IMG/VR virus record: IMGVR_UViG_3300025133_009608
Location: 124,001 to 188,000 of that record
Reading direction: 5' to 3' (one strand)
DNA length: 64,000 nucleotides
Of the stretch, positions 38,221-48,046 are shown piece after piece. The notes below the pieces were generated by a model, which searched no databases, was not told the DNA's origin, and was given only the letters and a program-made list of their open reading frames with translations. Each line of letters begins with the position of its first letter. Position 1 is the stretch's first letter. A program made the translations under genes and the position numbers.

Positions 38221-38534
38221 AAGATCTCTCCTACCCAGACCTTGGAAAGAACATGGGTTCTCTTTTTATCTATTGCCCTCTGTAGTCGGTGGTTCCCATC
38301 AAGGATGTATTGAAAGTCTCCATCTTTCTTTACTATAATAATTGGTTTAGACAAATCCGCCGTCTCTATTCTGCCCCTCTCAAGTGGTATCTCCTTCCTG
38401 ATGCCAGTTAGCACATCTACCCTCACCTGGATGGCGGGCTCGCCTTCTAATCTCAATAGGACCTCCTGAATGGATACCCTATTGCTTCCTTCGGCATCTT
38501 CCCAATATGTTTTCTCCCAATCGCGTGGTTTCAT
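38217..38534 (-). CDS. ParB/Srx N-terminal-like domain protein
   Basis: KPIIIV ... ILDGNHRLQRA. Confidence 0.75.
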   Translation of the reverse strand: MKPRDWEKTYWEDAEGSNRVSIQEVLLRLEGEPAIQVRVDVLTGIRKEIPLERGRIETADLSKPIIIVKKDGDFQYILDGNHRLQRAIDKKRTHVLSKVWVGEIF

Positions 38535-38740
38535 TTTTGATTTCTATTTAAAAGATTTTCCCTGTACTCTTCAAGTCTTGCGGTAGACATTCCGCCTCGT
38601 ACCATCTCAAGATCAAAATCTAATAATTCCCTCTCTTTTTTCTCTCTTCCTCTATCGCATCGGATAACTTTCTTGCGCTCGTTGCGATGGAAAACAATGG
38701 CAAGGCAACTACTATAAGCCAAATTGATAAAATTGTACAT
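38531..38740 (-). CDS. hypothetical protein
   Basis: coupled ORF. Confidence 0.6.
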   Translation of the reverse strand: MYNFINLAYSSCLAIVFHRNERKKVIRCDRGREKKERELLDFDLEMVRGGMSTARLEEYRENLLNRNQK

Positions 38741-38753
38741 AATGCTATCTCCA

Positions 38754-39005
38754 TTATACTCCCTCTTCGTCGCCGGCCGCCAGCATCATCGTCCCCAAGA
38801 GATCTAAAATATCATCCAAAACAGAAATTGTGGCCTTGATATTATCTTTATCTGATGAAAACTCTAAGTCTCTTACGATATTAAGAAGAGTGTTAAATTG
38901 GTTCTTAACCTCAGTTAGGCTAAAATAAATTGTCATCTGGCCTTTGGCCGACTCAATTTTTACCGAGATATCCAAAATAGTTTTCCTATGATTATAAAGG
39001 TTCAA
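38754..39005 (-). CDS. hypothetical protein
   Basis: co-directional ORF. Confidence 0.6.
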   Translation of the reverse strand: MNLYNHRKTILDISVKIESAKGQMTIYFSLTEVKNQFNTLLNIVRDLEFSSDKDNIKATISVLDDILDLLGTMMLAAGDEEGV

Positions 39006-39084
39006 TCATAGTTACCAAGAATATTAATAAAAAAGGCCGCCCCGAAATTAATCGAAGCGGCCTAAAATCTTAGAGTTTATTTTA

Positions 39085-39264
39085 CTAAACTTCTTTACCG
39101 AGAGTGAGCTTTACTAGATTACCGGCCTCACGTTTAAGCTGACGAAGTCCCTTTCGGGCCCGAGTACCGGCAGCGGCGTTCCCAGTTGCATTCTTTACGA
39201 CATCAGTCTCGAGGCTCGCAACCAATGTTTTAATCTCTTCCCATTTACTTTCTACTGTAGCCAA
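39085..39264 (-). CDS. histone H1-like Hc1-family protein (59 aa, absent from the ORF track)
   Basis: TTG start after GGAGG; MATVESKWEEIKTLVASLETDVVKNATGNAAAGTRARKGLRQLKREAGNLVKLTLGKEV contains GNxAAGTRARK; terminator hairpin at ~39033-39063. Confidence 0.8.
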   Translation of the reverse strand: MATVESKWEEIKTLVASLETDVVKNATGNAAAGTRARKGLRQLKREAGNLVKLTLGKEV

Positions 39265-39360
39265 GATGGCCTCCTGTTTTTAATTTAAGGCAAATTTGAT
39301 TTTGCCAAAAAGGTTTAAGCCCACATCAAAATGCCAGTAATTGATGGTGGTCCATGTATT

Positions 39361-39567
39361 TTACCAATTTATTGGATCATTTGGCAAAAATTCTTCTATT
39401 TCGTACTCTGGCTCTCTCTCGTTGCACAAAACAGACTCGGGAGCTAACGTAATTTTCTTTTCGCAAAGATACGCTATAAGCCCCCCCTCTGTGGCTCTAA
39501 TAGAATAGACGCACCCCAAGCAGCTTCTAGATTCCGGCCATCGGTTTAGATTTAACTTAGATTGCAT
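39361..39567 (-). CDS. Cys-containing hypothetical protein
   Basis: start re-assigned to MQSK. Confidence 0.55.
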   Translation of the reverse strand: MQSKLNLNRWPESRSCLGCVYSIRATEGGLIAYLCEKKITLAPESVLCNEREPEYEIEEFLPNDPINW

Positions 39568-39759
39568 CTTACTTCCTAATCGATAAATACTGTCGCGGTT
39601 GCGGCGACAGCCATCAGCCACAAGCTAGCCAAAGTTGGTAGCATAATTATTTCTAGCATTTTAATTTCCTATTTATTTTATTGTAATATGTCGTCGAACT
39701 TCTAATTAAGATCGTTGAAGGTGCGACATTCTACTAAAAACTTTAATAATTAAAATTAT

Positions 39760-40008
39760 TTATGCTTTCTTTATAAGATAAATCATTTCCTCTTGATTTA
39801 GTTTGTGAACCTTATCAGTTCGAATCCAATTATCGAGAGGGTCGAAGCTAGGATTCTCATGCGCCAAGGACGAATGATATACTTCTCCATTAGAGAATCT
39901 GATCTTGTGATACCTCCAGCCCCCCTCGGTGCACTCTGAGTCCGTAATGGTTCCAAAAAGAATGTTTCCTTTCCAGATCATGTAAACTTTTCTTCCTATA
40001 TGATTCAT
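39760..40008 (-). CDS. hypothetical protein
   Basis: co-directional ORF. Confidence 0.7.
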   Translation of the reverse strand: MNHIGRKVYMIWKGNILFGTITDSECTEGGWRYHKIRFSNGEVYHSSLAHENPSFDPLDNWIRTDKVHKLNQEEMIYLIKKA

Positions 40009-40025
40009 CTCTTACCCTAAATGAT

Positions 40026-40277
40026 TTAACTTTCTTCTCTTGCCCTTTTTCTTTCTTCTCGCTCTGCTTCAAATTGAAGCTGCACGACGACCGAGGATGC
40101 CATTAGCCCAGTCACAAGAGCCGAAGCGTATATCACCTGGCTCGCAATAGAAGATAAGCCCAAAAAGCTACCCCCCCACACAAAAATAAACAATCCTCCG
40201 AAGATCATAGACAGGAACAATAACATTTTCCCCATCTCTTTCGCGGTTCTCAGCGCAACCTTTTGATAAAACTCCAT
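40026..40277 (-). CDS. 2-TM membrane protein
   Basis: two hydrophobic helices. Confidence 0.7.
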   Translation of the reverse strand: MEFYQKVALRTAKEMGKMLLFLSMIFGGLFIFVWGGSFLGLSSIASQVIYASALVTGLMASSVVVQLQFEAEREERKRAREES

Positions 40278-40456
40278 CGATACTACTCCCCATTCTTATA
40301 TTTAATATAAAAAGCAAGCAGAAATAATTATCCACTCACCCATGTGTACCCCTAGCGTGTCTCGCCACTCTCAAGCGGTGGGCGGAGGTGCTATGGGTTT
40401 GTAAAGATTATACTGCGCGCTGCTTTAGTTTTCTAGTTTTATTTCCCAACAAGTTC

Positions 40457-40720
40457 TTAAAGCCAGCGGCCATTCTGGTCGCGAAATCTTACTCCGCCGT
40501 CCCTTTGCCTAACTACGTATCCAGCCCACGAACAATGCTTTGCGCTCTTCAGTGGCGCAACTATCTCTCTTGATGCGAGCAAGCTGTTTGAGCAAAAAAC
40601 GGAGGCTTTCGCCCCATGCTCACCAGAGCGAAGCCCCCACTTGATTGGCGAGCCACAATCTGGGCATTTATTATTCCATTCTTTTGGAACAGAACCAAAT
40701 TGGAAATTATAATATGACAT
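40457..40720 (-). CDS. zinc-ribbon protein
   Basis: CPDCG ... C ... C; downstream of promoter 40805. Confidence 0.7.
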   Translation of the reverse strand: MSYYNFQFGSVPKEWNNKCPDCGSPIKWGLRSGEHGAKASVFCSNSLLASREIVAPLKSAKHCSWAGYVVRQRDGGVRFRDQNGRWL

Positions 40721-40836
40721 GATCCTTCGTATAATGTCATATTATTCATAGTTACCCGCCCAGACCGAGATCGGCTTCGACGATCTTCATATCTATCACT
40801 TGTTTATAATAAGTCGATCTTATTTATCGAAGATTT

Positions 40837-41925
40837 TTATTCATAGTCCCTAACACAGATTCCAACAGGGAATCTGGGAACACCATCCTCTGTTAATTCA
40901 AAGAATTTTACGGTCAGATGCTTTCCAATATAGCTTTGGCCATCCTTAAATGCACGCGCACGCGTTTCGTGCGTTCCCTGCGGACGCACGCCGAACTCAA
41001 ACCCAGAGTCAGTAACACATCTGTATACAATTAATCCAGACTCACGACCATCGCCGTCAGTAAACCCTACGATCTTGTACTCGGCATCTTGGAATCGCTT
41101 AACCTTCATGAGATCGTAACTACGATTCTTAAACTTATAAAGAGAATTACAGTTCCGAGCCATCAGTCCTTCATACCCATCCGCAAGCACGCGCTCCTCA
41201 TACTCGTCCAGCTCATCGGATGTCTTTAGCATCTTCGTTTGCACAAACTTAATACGCGAAGGTGGAGACTGCTCCGTGTTTACGAACCTATCCTCAAATG
41301 TTTCAACCTCATGGGGGCGGTCATAAATGTGATACTCAAGCAGATCGGTATCATCACGCTTCTTCTTTACAGCAGAGATAACTCTCTGGAAAGTCCAGCC
41401 ATGAACATACAACTCACCATCAGTGCACTCTCCATCGCTAAGTAATGTACAGAGCTGATCATTAATTTTATCTGGAATATCAATTAATTTCCCCTTCCTA
41501 GACCACATTGTGACGGCGCCATTCTCTTTTCGCGCAAGCATACGCACGCCATCGAGCTTCGGCTGGCCCCAGCAGGGGAAGCTGATTTTACTTGGGTGCT
41601 TATCATATCTGTGCGCGAGCATAGGAAGAAACAGTCCATCCGACTCTTTAGGGATGTTACTCTTATCCTCTACGTATCCTGAATCTTTTTTACGCTCAAA
41701 CGCAGATCGAGCCTCAGAGAGTGCTTGCTCCCTAATGGTCGTTTCATTTGCACGTCCCAAATTCTTACCTTCGGCAATAAGCCTTGAATCAAGCTGCTTT
41801 TTGCCTGTGACATAACCGTGTTCAGTTTCAACGTAGCAGGTGCCGTCGCCCATTTCAAGGACCGAGATATTCCACTCTTTAATTTTACCATTGGTCGATC
41901 TTCCATATAAGGTTGGTAGACTCAT
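40837..41925 (-). CDS. lig: ATP-dependent DNA ligase with N-terminal WGR-like extension
   Basis: QPKLDGVR (KxDG), DGELY, YHIYD, EGLMARN, LMKVK, GVPRFP; start re-assigned to MSLPTLY. Confidence 0.95.
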   Translation of the reverse strand: MSLPTLYGRSTNGKIKEWNISVLEMGDGTCYVETEHGYVTGKKQLDSRLIAEGKNLGRANETTIREQALSEARSAFERKKDSGYVEDKSNIPKESDGLFLPMLAHRYDKHPSKISFPCWGQPKLDGVRMLARKENGAVTMWSRKGKLIDIPDKINDQLCTLLSDGECTDGELYVHGWTFQRVISAVKKKRDDTDLLEYHIYDRPHEVETFEDRFVNTEQSPPSRIKFVQTKMLKTSDELDEYEERVLADGYEGLMARNCNSLYKFKNRSYDLMKVKRFQDAEYKIVGFTDGDGRESGLIVYRCVTDSGFEFGVRPQGTHETRARAFKDGQSYIGKHLTVKFFELTEDGVPRFPVGICVRDYE

Positions 41926-41926
41926 T

Positions 41927-42130
41927 TTAACACCCCTCTTCTTGTACATAACCTGTAACTTCCAACATAACTTCTCCGTCTTCATTTAGGCCAACAATCA
42001 GCCATCCGATATCCTGAAGCATCGGCTCCGCTAGAAGTTCGCAAAGATATTCGTTCCAAGAATTAATATCTGACTCAATTGCAACATCGAAGTCAATAGA
42101 AATTGTTTCTTTTACATCATACTGAATCAT
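41927..42130 (-). CDS. acidic hypothetical protein
   Basis: GGAGG RBS. Confidence 0.65.
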   Translation of the reverse strand: MIQYDVKETISIDFDVAIESDINSWNEYLCELLAEPMLQDIGWLIVGLNEDGEVMLEVTGYVQEEGC

Positions 42131-42504
42131 CACTCTTCCTCCACTGCCCACTTAAACTGTTCAGGCTCGATAGTTGTTTCAAAGGATTGCGTTTCAAGCA
42201 TCCACTCAAGGTTTCCGTTTATCACCTGCTGAATTGCGTCCGATTCATTTAAAGCGTGTACGCGAGCCTGTGTCAGATAAAGCTCTGGAACCGTGACTAC
42301 ATAATATTTATTATACTCTTTGCCGCCACTGTTATCTACAACGCTAGCCCTAGATTGGAAATGATATATCTCATCCCATGTGGACGTACACATATCACAC
42401 GTAACTTCCTGCCAACAATAAACTTCGTCGAATTTAACTTCGCCACCCGTTATATCTTCGGAGGAACAAATGGGGCATTTATTGTTGCTTACAATCTTCT
42501 TCAT
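42130..42504 (-). CDS. zinc-ribbon hypothetical protein
   Basis: CPICSS ... CDMC. Confidence 0.7.
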   Translation of the reverse strand: MKKIVSNNKCPICSSEDITGGEVKFDEVYCWQEVTCDMCTSTWDEIYHFQSRASVVDNSGGKEYNKYYVVTVPELYLTQARVHALNESDAIQQVINGNLEWMLETQSFETTIEPEQFKWAVEEE

Positions 42505-42506
42505 AA

Positions 42507-42704
42507 TTAGACCTCTTCCCAAGACAGGACGTACCCTCCCCCAGACTCTTCGTGGAGGTAATCATTAATTACATCAATGAAGCTCTCCTCCGCGCACTCT
42601 CCGTCCGCATCCGTATATACATCGGAAGGAATAGTGAACAGGGTTTGCTCTGGAACGAAATCATCAGAATCCCACTCTACCTCTACCCTCATTGAATTTT
42701 TCAT
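42507..42704 (-). CDS. acidic hypothetical protein
   Basis: GGAGG RBS. Confidence 0.7.
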   Translation of the reverse strand: MKNSMRVEVEWDSDDFVPEQTLFTIPSDVYTDADGECAEESFIDVINDYLHEESGGGYVLSWEEV

Positions 42705-42732
42705 ATCTGCCTCCCAAGTAGTCTTTAAAGAT

Positions 42733-43266
42733 TTAAATCAGTACGCCATTAGTTAGGAATACTGCCCTGATCATCTCTGCGGCCTCGCGCGTATGTCCGC
42801 CCATGTTCCATTCCCATACTTCTTCTGGCTCAACCATTACTCCATAATTGGGGCCGTTCTTCCAGTTGTAAATGGTGGCAATAACATCATTTGAAAAATG
42901 GATTCTCCACTCCCAATCTGACTTATCCGCATTTCTATTCTCAGGCTCTCCAAACGCCTTTACAATATCCTCATAGGAAACATCCAAGTGTCCCTGAAGA
43001 CAAGTCCCGTTCGTGTTAATGGATACAGAGTTATGGGTAAAATAGCACTCGCCACTATTAATCGTCGTCGCCATCTTTTTTGCCATAGCTACAACATCCA
43101 TTCCATATTCGGACTCTAACTCCTCAAGAGTCTCGGTGTCGTTGTATTCATCTGGCGGAAACATGGCATTAAGAATATCTGCCGATAGCCCATGTTCCTT
43201 CATAAATCCGTCCAATCTCTCGCCCGCTTCCATATCTTCGTCAGCTTCCATGTATCTTTCCTCCAT
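42733..43266 (-). CDS. hypothetical protein
   Basis: downstream of promoter 43276. Confidence 0.75.
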   Translation of the reverse strand: MEERYMEADEDMEAGERLDGFMKEHGLSADILNAMFPPDEYNDTETLEELESEYGMDVVAMAKKMATTINSGECYFTHNSVSINTNGTCLQGHLDVSYEDIVKAFGEPENRNADKSDWEWRIHFSNDVIATIYNWKNGPNYGVMVEPEEVWEWNMGGHTREAAEMIRAVFLTNGVLI

Positions 43267-43315
43267 TTGCTTTAATATAATAAATCGATCTTATTTATCG
43301 AACTTTTCCGCCCCG

Positions 43316-43993
43316 TTATAGGTTATCCATGTTTACCGCGCTTGCGTTTGCCTGACTAATCGTGGCTGGCACTCCGTGGGTTTCAAACATAACAATCTTG
43401 TTTTTTGTCTTATCGTCAATTCTGCATAGCGTACAGCTATCACAGTTGATATCCTTTTTCCCAGAAACTCCGCTACGAGCGGGGCATAGAAAGGCCGATT
43501 GTCCTGCGATCTTAGTACTCTTTGGAACGCTGCTTCCGTAAACAGATAGGGCGACTCCCCATCCCATTTTAATCGCCTCCTCTGCCTCTTCAATGGAATT
43601 ACAACTTGCTCTAAAGTCATCTTTCAAAACCTGAGCCTCATCCGCTTTCCAGTGGTGAGTATAGCCAATGTTAATTAGACCCTCTTTCTCAATGTATCTG
43701 CACTCCTCATAGGTGTTTTCTGCATCACCTACAACGTCACCAACCACCCTGTGTCGGGCAATACGAGCCTTGCGGCGGCTACTATCCATAGCCGAAAAGA
43801 CACTGCGAATTGTCAGCCTACCATCACTAATTTTTTCTCCCAAATTTCTAATATAGAACAAGGCCCAGCCATAGCAGCCGCCTTTCTTAAATCCACATGA
43901 ATCAGGACAGGTATCTAATGGCGAATAGCTCGCCATTACTTTTCCGATCTTTTTATCTCTCGAGATAGATACCCAGTGTACTTTTCTTTCCAT
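43316..43993 (-). CDS. Cys-rich phage protein (gp88-like, possible Fe-S cluster)
   Basis: TCPDSCGFKKGGCY, GYTHHW, CPA, CDSCTLC; downstream of promoter 44033. Confidence 0.65.
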   Translation of the reverse strand: MERKVHWVSISRDKKIGKVMASYSPLDTCPDSCGFKKGGCYGWALFYIRNLGEKISDGRLTIRSVFSAMDSSRRKARIARHRVVGDVVGDAENTYEECRYIEKEGLINIGYTHHWKADEAQVLKDDFRASCNSIEEAEEAIKMGWGVALSVYGSSVPKSTKIAGQSAFLCPARSGVSGKKDINCDSCTLCRIDDKTKNKIVMFETHGVPATISQANASAVNMDNL

Positions 43994-44279
43994 GATAGGC
44001 TCGCCTTGTATTGGTGTTTTCTTACACCGATATATAATAAATCGATCTTATTTATGAAAAAAGTATGCCTATCGGCAACGATTGATCAATCGTTGTAACC
44101 TCGCGGTACTTGGGCCTGAGTGGGCAATTATCACCGATAAGCGGGTCAGGCTCTCTCTCGCTTGGTCTTTCGGCTTGCGCCATACCAATACCCCTTGAGC
44201 TGCCGCGGCAGCCCTTGGCGGCTCTCAGCCAATTTTGGGCAAAATATTTGTATCTATTTTTGAATAATTCTCTGACATT

Positions 44280-44492
44280 TTATTCAGCCAGATCCCCAAC
44301 GCCGTCGAGAGGATCAATCTCATACATATCGCAAACTCCAAACGCCTCTGTATTTCCCTCTCTTGAGATACTTACAAGTCGGGTCATAGCCGAGTCAATT
44401 AATACTCTTAGGAAATCCTTGGACATTAGCTGATCCTCTTCGGCTTCTGTTTCGACCGAAAAGGCCATATCAATTAAGTAATTCTTTTTCAT
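44280..44492 (-). CDS. hypothetical protein
   Basis: start re-assigned to MKKNYL. Confidence 0.65.
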   Translation of the reverse strand: MKKNYLIDMAFSVETEAEEDQLMSKDFLRVLIDSAMTRLVSISREGNTEAFGVCDMYEIDPLDGVGDLAE

Positions 44493-44499
44493 AATAATC

Positions 44500-44709
44500 C
44501 TAAAGTGCTGGAATTGATTGAATATACTCTTGCATCTCCATTGGAGGGAGGATCTCCCAAAATGGATCGCCCTCATTTAAGCAATTTCCTCGAGAGTCAT
44601 AAATATCATAAAAATCATATTCCCCCTCAGGAGTCATGTCCTCATATACTCCATAAAGATAATACTTTTGATCTCCTATAAAATAGGTTCCAACTATTTC
44701 ACTCCCCAC
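44500..44709 (-). CDS. hypothetical protein
   Basis: co-directional ORF. Confidence 0.65.
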   Translation of the reverse strand: MGSEIVGTYFIGDQKYYLYGVYEDMTPEGEYDFYDIYDSRGNCLNEGDPFWEILPPMEMQEYIQSIPAL

Positions 44710-44848
44710 CCTTAGCCACCTTTACGATAAATGTGTCATGCGCTTGCCTTCTCGCGTCCTCTTCACTTTCTGCGGTTACTTCAAATGAATTTTCTCTAAT
44801 CGCATATTCGCGATAAACCATATTATATTTTTTCACACTACCTCCCTG

Positions 44849-45313
44849 TTATGCTTTGAGAGAAAAATTATCATAATCAAAATCCGAGACTCCAAGCCCA
44901 ACCGAAACTCCAGACTCATCAATCATATTCAGTAGGGAATATGATTCCGTAGGAACATCGCCCCACGATAGTCCTCCAGAGAGTAGCCATCTGGTTCCCT
45001 TCAAGCCAAGCTGCGTAATATCTCGCCCACAGAAATCTTCAGAAAAGACCTTCTCAATGGCTTCTCTTAACCCTTTCCTTGCATATTCGATCATGGCCTT
45101 TTCGGTCAAGTCATCAAGGTCAAAAAGATCACCCTCAGAGAGAGAATTAATCTTATCTTCTACAATATCATCCTCCTCGTTATAAAAGTGGTTTTCTGCA
45201 ATCTGACGGAGTACGCCATCGGGGATATTCTCAAGTCGAATATCCATAACTTCCCGCCCTCGCTTTAAGTCAAATACGTCTTCACAAACTGCTATCACCA
45301 TATCTGCGCCCAT
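44849..45313 (-). CDS. acidic hypothetical protein
   Basis: downstream of promoter 45343. Confidence 0.75.
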   Translation of the reverse strand: MGADMVIAVCEDVFDLKRGREVMDIRLENIPDGVLRQIAENHFYNEEDDIVEDKINSLSEGDLFDLDDLTEKAMIEYARKGLREAIEKVFSEDFCGRDITQLGLKGTRWLLSGGLSWGDVPTESYSLLNMIDESGVSVGLGVSDFDYDNFSLKA

Positions 45314-45373
45314 GTTTCCCCCTCATTTGGTTGTTACTATAATATAATAAATCGATCTTATTTATCGAACTTT

Positions 45374-45664
45374 TCACTCAGACGTATACTTGAGTCCGTC
45401 CTCTGGAAGCTTAGAAGTGTCCATCTCCAGCCCCATAATAATCTTCTCCCCAGTAAAAATACTGGAGCCGAGCGGAACCAGCCTATATCCCATAACATCG
45501 CGGTTCCATTTGAAAATTTCCCATGGCTGATTATCGTATGCAGCTCCACGCACATACGCTCCAAAAACCCACCCGATACAGAATATCACCATATAGCTAA
45601 AGAACATTAACATTATAATACTACCTTGTGCATTTAAAATACGGCTCATTAAATCCAGGAACAA
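45374..45664 (-). CDS. membrane hypothetical protein
   Basis: TM helix; GGAGG RBS. Confidence 0.65.
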   Translation of the reverse strand: MFLDLMSRILNAQGSIIMLMFFSYMVIFCIGWVFGAYVRGAAYDNQPWEIFKWNRDVMGYRLVPLGSSIFTGEKIIMGLEMDTSKLPEDGLKYTSE

Positions 45665-45793
45665 TAAGTGTTACGCTTCCTCCGAACCTCTGTATCGCCT
45701 CGTCCCAAGCAATCGATCGATCGTTTGATCCGTAAAACTTTTCGTACCCATAACTCTCTTCGCTGATTTTTATAATAACAGTATAAGCCAACA

Positions 45794-46462
45794 TTATTTA
45801 GTCCCCTCAGACTCGCACTCACACCAATCTTCCGTTTCATCACAATGAACGCAACGCACACACTCACACTCGGGCGGCCTCTCCCCACATTCTCCGCATA
45901 TAGGGTTTAGATTCTCATGGTTACAATGCACCCCGCCCTCGTAAAGATCTGATCCGTGAAGCTCGCAACCTGACTCATCGTAAGTTATCAAAAAACTCAT
46001 ATCCTTGTACATCGAAGACATTTTTTCAACCGCTTCCAGCGGCGGCCCCCACGGTGAATCAAACTCCAATGTAATATAATTCTCCCCAAAGTCAACCTCT
46101 GGATCTATATCCCATTTTACTCCCCAGTTATTAACCTGCCACGTATAGCCGCCATGATCCTGCTCTGCTCCAATCTCCTCTCGCGCCTTAGATGCCTGAT
46201 TGCAATCATAAGGAAATCTCATAATATCATCTGGGACGGGACATAGTGCGTTCAAAGAAAAATCTTGAATTGGATTATTATTATCGGGAGGCGTTGCATA
46301 GTGAGCTTTTTTAATTTCACAAAACTCCGTTCCGCTTTCAATAGATTCAGATAGATATTTATTATATGCTGGCGAACGCCCACGCATAGATTCTCTAAAT
46401 CTTTTAATATCTTCGACTGAACCGTTAATCTCAATAGTATTTATACACCAGTTTGGCATCAC
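45794..46462 (-). CDS. DUF1281/YubB ferredoxin-like family protein
   Basis: MPNWC.N ... NWGVKWD ... FDSPWGPP. Confidence 0.8.
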   Translation of the reverse strand: MMPNWCINTIEINGSVEDIKRFRESMRGRSPAYNKYLSESIESGTEFCEIKKAHYATPPDNNNPIQDFSLNALCPVPDDIMRFPYDCNQASKAREEIGAEQDHGGYTWQVNNWGVKWDIDPEVDFGENYITLEFDSPWGPPLEAVEKMSSMYKDMSFLITYDESGCELHGSDLYEGGVHCNHENLNPICGECGERPPECECVRCVHCDETEDWCECESEGTK

Positions 46463-46469
46463 TCACCTC

Positions 46470-46667
46470 CTAATCGGTTGCTTTGCTTACATATTCACGC
46501 GCAGACTCAGCCGCCTCAACCCCAGCGACGGCGGCCTTCGCCGTCACCTCTTCGATGTCCTCGCGCAACCTTTCGGCACCACGAGGATTATCCAAAGCAT
46601 AAGCCAAAATAGCATACGCGCATACGCATATCAATGCAAAATAGATAATCTTTTTCACTTCTTCCAC
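46470..46667 (-). CDS. small membrane protein
   Basis: N-terminal TM helix. Confidence 0.65.
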   Translation of the reverse strand: MEEVKKIIYFALICVCAYAILAYALDNPRGAERLREDIEEVTAKAAVAGVEAAESAREYVSKATD

Positions 46668-46882
46668 CTATCAGTTTTTGAGAAAATCATCGTACTCTCG
46701 CGCTCGCGCATACTCTCCAGAAACTTCTTGGACTTTTCAGATCCACGATCCGAAAGATCCCGATGGTACTGCATCCGTCGCGCCCTTGCCTGATCCTTTT
46801 TGTCGGCATATCGCAGAACGTCGATTGAACCTCCGCCAGCCAAAAACCTCTCAATCTCTCGATCCATTTCTTCTCGATCCAT
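46655..46882 (-). CDS. hypothetical protein
   Basis: IERFLAGGGSI segment; GAGG RBS. Confidence 0.7.
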   Translation of the reverse strand: MDREEMDREIERFLAGGGSIDVLRYADKKDQARARRMQYHRDLSDRGSEKSKKFLESMRERESTMIFSKTDRWKK

Positions 46883-46953
46883 GCCACACCTCTCTGTTGT
46901 TAAATAGCTATAATAAATTAAGATTATTTATATTAAAACCTTCTAATATGATA

Positions 46954-47235
46954 TTAGAAAATCGAAATAACATTTTTCAAAAGCTCCCTACTTCTTTTTC
47001 TTTCTCTTTTGGTCTTTTTCTCTTTTACTGGAGATCGAAAAGAAGCGGCATCAGTACCGTTTTCAATTGCGGCCTTTCTTAGCTCCTTCCAGAACCCCGA
47101 AGGGGCCACCAAATTTTCTCCAGAAAAAGCCTGAGAGTTTGGATTTTCAGATCCGCGAGAGACGCAGAGCCAAAAAGCCCTTCCCCCATCGAGATAAAAC
47201 CTAAACGTATTCCCCTCATAAACAACATCAATCAT
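46954..47235 (-). CDS. hypothetical protein
   Basis: start re-assigned to MIDVVY (GAGGT RBS), downstream of variant promoter ~47282. Confidence 0.65.
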   Translation of the reverse strand: MIDVVYEGNTFRFYLDGGRAFWLCVSRGSENPNSQAFSGENLVAPSGFWKELRKAAIENGTDAASFRSPVKEKKTKRERKRSRELLKNVISIF

Positions 47236-47543
47236 AATATACCTCTGGTTTGGTCGAAGCACCTCGCCTCTCTCACCGAAATATAATAAATCGATATTAT
47301 TTATATCAAAATCTATCATCGGTAGATAGAAAGGCTTGTTAAGTTTTTGCCCAAAAATAAAGCAAAAAGCGTCAAAAACAGGAAAGGAATAAATTAGAAC
47401 GATATGAAAAGTTTTTGCCCAATATGGCAGGGGGCGAGGGCGAGTCGGGGCGGAGAAGTTCCATAAATAAGATCGATTTATTATAGGTAAGCGAGAGGGA
47501 GAGTTGGCTTCCTCCATCAACCAAAAAATAGGAAAAAGAAAAA

Positions 47544-47954
47544 ATGAGTATTTCACTATTCAATGATCAGAAGGATGAATCTTCCGTCCAAATCATTCGC
47601 GAAACGATGAATGTTTCGCTTGCCGATGACGGCACCCCAATTGTTTCGTTTGCAACAAATCGGGGCAAGGGTTCTGGAGCACAGTCGATGGCCGTTTCGG
47701 ACTTCGGCGACTACATCGAGGCTCTTGAGGAAGTCGCCCAAAATGGAATCGAGGAGCGGGCAGAAGAGAACCTTTCTCCTGCGGATACTGTTCGGCGCAC
47801 CATCACAAATGTTGATGGCATGGTTCACTTCCGAGTTCGTAGCGGCAAGGGTGCGAAGCCCGCAAAGGTGTCGGCACCAGAGTTTGCCGAAGTTACGGAA
47901 CTTCTTCGCTCCACAGTTGGCGCGGTAGAAGAGGCGGCGGCCCGACTTTCATAG
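47544..47954 (+). CDS. MSISLFNDQK paralogue 2
   Basis: highly similar to 36415..36849; promoter 47459; terminator 47967-48000. Confidence 0.82.
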   Translation: MSISLFNDQKDESSVQIIRETMNVSLADDGTPIVSFATNRGKGSGAQSMAVSDFGDYIEALEEVAQNGIEERAEENLSPADTVRRTITNVDGMVHFRVRSGKGAKPAKVSAPEFAEVTELLRSTVGAVEEAAARLS

Positions 47955-47966
47955 TCAAAAACAAAG

Positions 47967-48000
47967 ATGGGGGCTTCGATTATATAATCGAGGCTCCCAT
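47967..48000 (+). terminator. hairpin after paralogue 2
   Basis: ATGGGGGCTTCGATTA/TAATCGAGGCTCCCAT with G-U pairs on the + strand. Confidence 0.65.
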
Positions 48001-48046
48001 ACCTTCGAAAAAGATGTCAAATTTTTGCCCGCTGTTCTGATAGTCT

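Noticed and set aside
46954-47556. 200-aa ORF as annotated
   Set aside because: Its 5' half runs through two promoters and intergenic motifs; the real gene likely starts at 47235.
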